From: an uncultured candidate division Zixibacteria bacterium
GTDB taxonomy: Bacteria > Zixibacteria > MSB-5A5 > GN15 > FEB-12
Assembly (NCBI GenBank): GCA_963735035.1
Contig: CAVTJJ010000003.1
Coordinates: 1-64,000, forward strand
Length of the DNA stretch: 64,000 nucleotides
Direction: 5' to 3'
Shown here: positions 59,048-64,000 of the stretch, one piece after another
How positions within the stretch are numbered: position 1 is the stretch's first letter
How the letters are laid out: the number at the start of each line of letters is the position of its first letter
The notes under the pieces: model-generated
What the model saw: the letters and a program-made list of their open reading frames with translations, nothing else
Databases searched by the model: none
What the model was told of the DNA's origin: nothing
Position numbers and translations under genes: made by a program

Positions 59048-60598
59048 CGAATGATCAATATAAAGGCCAGCAGGATTGTTATCAACAAAGACCCTTTGCC
59101 GAACACATCGCCGATCAGGGTAAAGACCGAAAATCCGTCCAGAAGGCTGATGTTTCCGGTCATGGCGGTAACGGCATCCAGTGGCACTTCCTGCCTGATT
59201 CGGCCGTACCCATCGACAATATAGCTGAGACCGCTATTGGCGGCCCGGACTCCCCAGCATCGGTTTTCCACCGCCCGCGTAATGAAGGCGCGGGAATGCA
59301 TGTGAATCCCGACCGAGTGGCCAAACCAGGTGTCGTTGGTTATTTCGACAATAAAATCGGCGCCGTCAACAATCTGCTTCCGCACATATTCCGGGAAACA
59401 GACCTCATAGCAAATCAACGGTCCAAAAAGAGAACCGGCCGCTTTGAACAAGCATCGCCGAGTCGCCCGGATAGAAATCGGACCAGAAAGCAACGTCGTA
59501 AGTATCGATAAACGTCAGATACTTGGTCAGAACATCTTTGCGGAGAAACGGCAGATAGTCCTGATACGGCGCCTGCTCGGTGAACGGCACCAGTTTCACT
59601 TTGTCGTAGCGTCCGACCAGAAATCCCGTGCTGTCGAAAAAGTAAGCCGAGTTGAAATGCCGGTACCGATCCCCTTCGCGGCGCGCCCCTAACCCACCGA
59701 CCAGATGGCAGGTGTGCATATCCGAAACCAGTGACTGCACTTGAATCCGACGGGCATCGTCGTGTGAGAGATAGCTGGGCGCGGCGGTCTCCGGCCAGAC
59801 GACCAGATTGACCGGCTTGTCAATCGACCGCGCGAGGGAATCATACAAGTGGAAGCTGTATTCTTCGTTGTCATCGGCCCATTTCAAATTCACCGGAACC
59901 GACCCTTGAAGCACCGCCACCGGATACTTGCCCGGAATGAGAATCGGCGGGACTACCGCCCAACCGTAGGCGATGAGAATCACCACGATCCCTATCGATG
60001 ACAGCAACGCCGTGATCTTGCGGGCTATGTCGACCTCGCTTCGGAGCAATTGCCAGAGCAGGACATTGACCGTGACAATTACAAAAGTCAGTCCGTGCAC
60101 CGAGATGATCGAAACGATCTGCAGGATGTACAGGAAATAGCTTTGCGAGTAACCCAGATCCGACCAGGGGAAGGCAAACTCGGACAGGGTTCGGAAATAC
60201 TCCAGCCCGGTCCACAGAAACGGAATTGCCACGATGCCATAGATCGGCTTGATTTGATACAGCTTGTTGAATATGGCGAAAACCGCCGCGAAGTAGAATG
60301 CGACAATGGTCACCGCGGCCAAGATGCCGGGCGGCGAAACTTGCGCCACCCAATAGAGCGAGAAGGCATTGAAAAGAAAGGCGAAAAGCCACGCCGACCA
60401 GAAAGCTTCTTTGCCTTTGAGATTCGCGATTATGATGAAGGGGCGAACGAGTGAAATCCAGGCCAGGCATCCATACCAACCGGGATGGTGCGACAGCGCC
60501 AGAAGCATCGCCCAACCGGTCAGCTCCAGACGACGCTTCCGAACTTCTACTTCCGGCGGAAGAATCAGATGGCCAAGGCGTTTGAAGAAACCAGCCAG
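59002..60598 (-). CDS. lnt: Apolipoprotein N-acyltransferase; apparent frameshift near 59450, possible CTG start
   Basis: FPWSDLGYSQ, VWPETA, YDKVKLVPF, ICYE, ITNDTWFG, RAVEN, RAANSG. Confidence 0.9.
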
Positions 60599-60636
60599 AA
60601 CGTCACCTCATCTCAGACTGAACAACTATCACGTTG

Positions 60637-60712
60637 CGTCAGAGCCTGCCCCCGACCAGATCGGGGGTCCTGCCGAGGCCCGCCAAAGGCGGGTCGAGGT
60701 GTGACCTGACGC
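60637..60712. repeat. Nested palindromic intergenic element
   Basis: Outer GTCAG...CTGAC arms enclosing CCCCCGA-CCAGA-TCGGGGG and CCCGCC-AAA-GGCGGG hairpins. Confidence 0.45.
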
Positions 60713-60724
60713 GTTACGATTCTC

Positions 60725-61949
60725 TTACGCACCCACAAGGTGCAGCGTCCCCAGCAAATTTTCCATCTGCGGCATCAAATCGAGCCCGGTCATGAATCCC
60801 AGACCGCCGCTCGTGCAGGCCCGCTCGGAGAAAGCCCTGACATTGTCCACCCGGACACCCTGGCCATGGAACATCACCGGCACCGGGTCGGCCGAATGGG
60901 CTTTCATCTCGCACGGTGTGGAGTGGTCGGCCGTCCAGATCAAGAGCGTGTCTTCCGGCATATTCAACAGGCGGGGCACGGCCAGATCGATTCGTTCGAT
61001 GAAATCCCGCTTGCCGATATAGTTGCCGTCCTCACCGAGCGAATCGGCCGCTTTCACGTGCACAAACACGAAGTTGTACTTCTCCAGGCTCGCCACCGCG
61101 AGCTTGAATTTCGCTTCAATGTCGGTATCCGGCAGCGCGGTCGCGCCGGGGACATCGAAAATATGCATGCCGAGATAGGCACCGACACCCTTGTAGAGTC
61201 CGCCGCCGGCGATACAGCAGGCCTTGAGACCGTAACGCTCTTCGAAACTCGGCACATGTTTGTACTGCCCAGCTCCACGCACCAGGAGATAGTTGCCCGG
61301 GAGTTCGCCCCTGGCTTCGCGCTCTTTGTTGAGCGGTTGCTTACTTAGCACCTCATGCACTTTCGCCAGGAACTTATTGAGTACCGCGGCGGTCTTCTTT
61401 GCTTCAGGCGAATTGTCGGTCGGAGTGGCGTCACGCAGAGGTGCATCGGCACGATGCGGATCAGCATCGGTAATCTTGTCCGAGAGACCCTCGCCGCGCA
61501 TGATCACCCCCGCCCGGTGGGCTGTGCCCGGCTTAACTATGAATTTAATGCCGTCGATCTCCATCCCGTCGATGGCCTCGCACAGCGGCGCTACGACCCG
61601 GATGCGCCCTGCCCGACGGTCGATAATCTTGCCGTCCTTGACCGTGCCCATGTTGCCGCGCAGGGCAACATCGCCGTGCTTCAACTTTATACCCAGTCCC
61701 GCGACTTCGATAGGTCCCCGGCCGGAATAACAAGTAGCGATATTGTAGCCGAAAATTGTCAGGTGAGCCGTGTCGCTGCCGGGAGTCTGGCCCGCGGCCG
61801 AGCGTGTGCATCATACCGCACTCTCCTTCGGTCGCTAACTGGTCGAGATTGGGCGTCTGAGCCGCTTCGAGTGGCGTCACGCCGCCCAGCTCCGGAATCG
61901 GACGATCACCCAGACCGTCACACACTACCAGAATTACTCGTTTCAACAT
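60725..61949 (-). CDS. apgM: Cofactor-independent phosphoglycerate mutase, ApgM type; apparent frameshifts near 61730-61795
   Basis: CDGLGDRP...TPLEAAQTPNLD, GSDTAHL in a shifted frame, DRRAGRI, TADHSTP, HSADPVP. Confidence 0.85.
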
Positions 61950-61996
61950 CGGCAGTTCCTTTCCCACCGGTCACGCGACCGGAACAGAGTCCCTTG

Positions 61997-63046
61997 TTAT
62001 ACCAGAACGACCTTCTGGTTCCCCCGGCTAATTTCCCCTATCCGCCAAGACTTTTCACCTATTTGAGCCAGGCTGGTTATGACCGGATCGGCGACCTTCG
62101 GATCGACTACGATCACATACCCGACCCCCATGTTGAAGGCGCGGTACATCTCGTCGGTGTCAATCCCGCCCTCTTTCTGCAGGAATTGGAAAATCGGCAA
62201 TACCGGCATGACCCCTTTACTGATCCTGGCCGATAAACCGTCGGGAATGATCCGGTTCAGATTGCCCGGCAAGCCACCTCCGGTAATGTGAGCCATGCCT
62301 TTGATCGTATGTTTCTCCAACAGGGGGAATATCAGCGGGGCGTAGCAGCGATGAACTTTCAAGAGCGCCTGGCCAAGAGTCAATTCACTTCCTGGAAGCG
62401 GATCGTTAGGACCACAACCGGCAATCTCGAAAACGATCTTGCGAGCGAGCGAATAGCCATTGGTGTGAAGACCGTTGGAGGCAAGTCCGATACAGACATC
62501 TCCTTCGGCAATTTTGGAGCCGTTGATGACGCGATGCTCATCGACTACACCCACAATAAACCCGGCCAGATCGTATTCGCCCGGAGTGTAGAAATCGGGC
62601 ATCTCGGCCGTCTCACCGCCGAGCAGAGCCACGCTGTTGTTGCAGCAACCGCGACTGAATCCGGTGACAATATCACCTACCACTGCCGGATCGAGCTTGC
62701 CGGTGGCAATGTAGTCGAGGAAGAAAAGCGCCCGGGCGCCGTGAACGAGGATGTCGTTCACACAATGATTGACCAGGTCCTCGCCGACCGTATCGTGCTT
62801 GCCGGTCATGAAAGCGATTTTGAGCTTCGTGCCGACCCCGTCGGCCGAGGCTATCAACACCGGGCTTTTGACCCCTTTGAGGTCGGGACGAAAGAACCCC
62901 CCGAACGAACCGATTTCGCTCAGAACCTGGCTGTTGAACGTCTTGCGGGCGAGCGCCTTAATGCGTTCGACCGCCTGGTCACCGGCCTTGATATCGACAC
63001 CGGCTTCGGCGTAAGTGAGGCCCTTTTTGGGCGCGGGCTTATCCAT
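61997..63046 (-). CDS. purM: Phosphoribosylformylglycinamidine cyclo-ligase
   Basis: TYAEAGVDI, DGVGTK, GGETAEMP, GLHTNGYSL, AHITGGG, FNMGVG. Confidence 0.97.
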   Translation of the reverse strand: MDKPAPKKGLTYAEAGVDIKAGDQAVERIKALARKTFNSQVLSEIGSFGGFFRPDLKGVKSPVLIASADGVGTKLKIAFMTGKHDTVGEDLVNHCVNDILVHGARALFFLDYIATGKLDPAVVGDIVTGFSRGCCNNSVALLGGETAEMPDFYTPGEYDLAGFIVGVVDEHRVINGSKIAEGDVCIGLASNGLHTNGYSLARKIVFEIAGCGPNDPLPGSELTLGQALLKVHRCYAPLIFPLLEKHTIKGMAHITGGGLPGNLNRIIPDGLSARISKGVMPVLPIFQFLQKEGGIDTDEMYRAFNMGVGYVIVVDPKVADPVITSLAQIGEKSWRIGEISRGNQKVVLV

Positions 63047-63052
63047 GCCGGG

Positions 63053-63081
63053 AAGGTATTGGGGGGCGTCAATAATGTCAA
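63053..63081 (-). promoter_or_regulatory. Sigma70 promoter giving a probable leaderless purM mRNA
   Basis: TTGACA-N17-TACCTT-N6-ATG, no Shine-Dalgarno. Confidence 0.5.
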
Positions 63082-63091
63082 CTTGTTGTAA

Positions 63092-63120
63092 TGCGGAGGT
63101 GGGTGGATTCGAACCCGCCG
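63092..63120 (-). pseudogene. Degenerate tRNA (Ser-like) 3' fragment, possible att scar
   Basis: CGGCGGGTTCGAATCCACCCACCTCCGCA: T-loop and acceptor 3' strand, imperfect T stem, no D or anticodon arm. Confidence 0.4.
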
Positions 63121-63135
63121 ATTGGTCAGAAGCAA

Positions 63136-63216
63136 GTAGGTCAGGAGCCCTTAGGCTCCTGACAGGAAGCTCTGTCTATTACGAGATTGTCAGGAGCCCA
63201 AGGGCTCCTGACCTAC
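63136..63216. repeat. GTAG-type REP inverted doublet (REPIN)
   Basis: GTAGGTCAGGAGCCCTTAGGCTCCTGAC ... GTCAGGAGCCCAAGGGCTCCTGACCTAC. Confidence 0.75.
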
Positions 63217-63219
63217 TAT

Positions 63220-63858
63220 CTATTGCGCTGGCTGTCGTTCTAATTCGGTCCGGGCCGAAAGGCGAGAAAGCATGAGGTGGTTCCAGGCGTGCATACAGCC
63301 GCCCAGCACTATGATCGTTCCGACCATCTCAAGCGTCTCTTCGACGGCTACAAAAGCGATTTCCGCCCAGGCCGGAAACGGCTTGAAGATAAACCAGATA
63401 ATTTCAAGGTTGAGAGCGCCCGTCCCGTACGCCACCAGACCGATCAGAATCCAGTTTCGGACGGTGCTTGCCTCATACTTCAGGAGAGTACGAAGCGTAT
63501 ACACCATATACGCGGCGGCCGGAGGGGCGTAGACATAGTACCACTTGATATGGACCGCCAGGGCTTCGTGCAAGGCCGCGGACTCATCGATCGAAAGATA
63601 ACAGTAGGCCAGGCTGGTCAGCAGCCAGAATTTCCGTGACGGAGATTTCGGATCGCTGTAGGCGAAGAGCCCCAGCGCGGCGACAGCCACCAAAAGAAGC
63701 AGCGCGGACGAATACCAGGTTGGTACGTTCAGTTCCTGATTGAGGTCGAACCTCTGATGAATCGTCCACGAAACGGTGTCGGGGAAGAAATTCATTGCGA
63801 GAAGAAACAGCACCGGCCAAAGCAGGTACGGCAGCACTCTCCGAATCGGTATCGTCAT
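63220..63858 (-). CDS. Hypothetical multi-pass membrane protein
   Basis: Several TM segments; E-x-NVPTWYSS, SIDE..ALHE and EETLEMVG motifs; GGAGG RBS. Confidence 0.75.
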   Translation of the reverse strand: MTIPIRRVLPYLLWPVLFLLAMNFFPDTVSWTIHQRFDLNQELNVPTWYSSALLLLVAVAALGLFAYSDPKSPSRKFWLLTSLAYCYLSIDESAALHEALAVHIKWYYVYAPPAAAYMVYTLRTLLKYEASTVRNWILIGLVAYGTGALNLEIIWFIFKPFPAWAEIAFVAVEETLEMVGTIIVLGGCMHAWNHLMLSRLSARTELERQPAQ

Positions 63859-64000
63859 CTGGCCTCCATCCGAATTTATCTACCGAAGATCGACCGATTC
63901 AAGCTAAAACTGTAGCTGGAGAGTGATGAACGCCCTCGACAGGGTCAACTATTGTCGAGGTACCGGTCTGATACAAATTATCCCAAGCCTATGGGAGTGT

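Noticed and set aside
7340..63820. Numerous long antisense or alternate-frame ORFs (e.g. 9339-10145, 15089-15889, 61355-62236)
   Set aside because: They are shadow ORFs of well-supported genes in GC-rich DNA and carry no motifs
1..64000. CRISPR array or rRNA genes
   Set aside because: No regularly spaced direct repeats with unique spacers and no rRNA signatures were seen by eye

Overview
This 64 kb window is bacterial chromosome, most likely from an FCB-group lineage such as Zixibacteria. That assignment is an inference from the YPNPFNP/FlgD-type C-terminal domains, PorX/PorZ-like genes and gene order. From left to right it contains: (1) the right end of an integrative element (DUF5659-like ORF, stand-alone CHC2 zinc finger, MCM-like AAA+ protein, large serine recombinase) abutting and overlapping the 3' end of a tRNA-Met; (2) a candidate sigma54-driven three-hairpin small RNA; (3) outer-membrane and lipoprotein genes and a polyamine operon (XRE-cupin regulator, speD, ornithine-type decarboxylase, speE, GATase); (4) mazG, valS and an AT-rich HicA-HicB-SecB toxin-antitoxin-chaperone cassette; (5) a long minus-strand run of serS, HK, porX-like, tsaE, tsaB, rimI, accD, folC, two kinases, an NtrC-family activator and a degenerate GGDEF protein; (6) rpmB and an orphan minimal flagellin; (7) the dcw cluster from mraZ to ftsZ; (8) a C25 gingipain-like peptidase converging on an lnt-porZ-like-GNAT-glycosyltransferase operon; (9) apgM, purM, REP-like palindromes and a possible tRNA 3' remnant. 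Several essential genes (folC, ftsI, murE, lnt) carry small indels, most likely long-read assembly errors. No CRISPR array or rRNA was seen.
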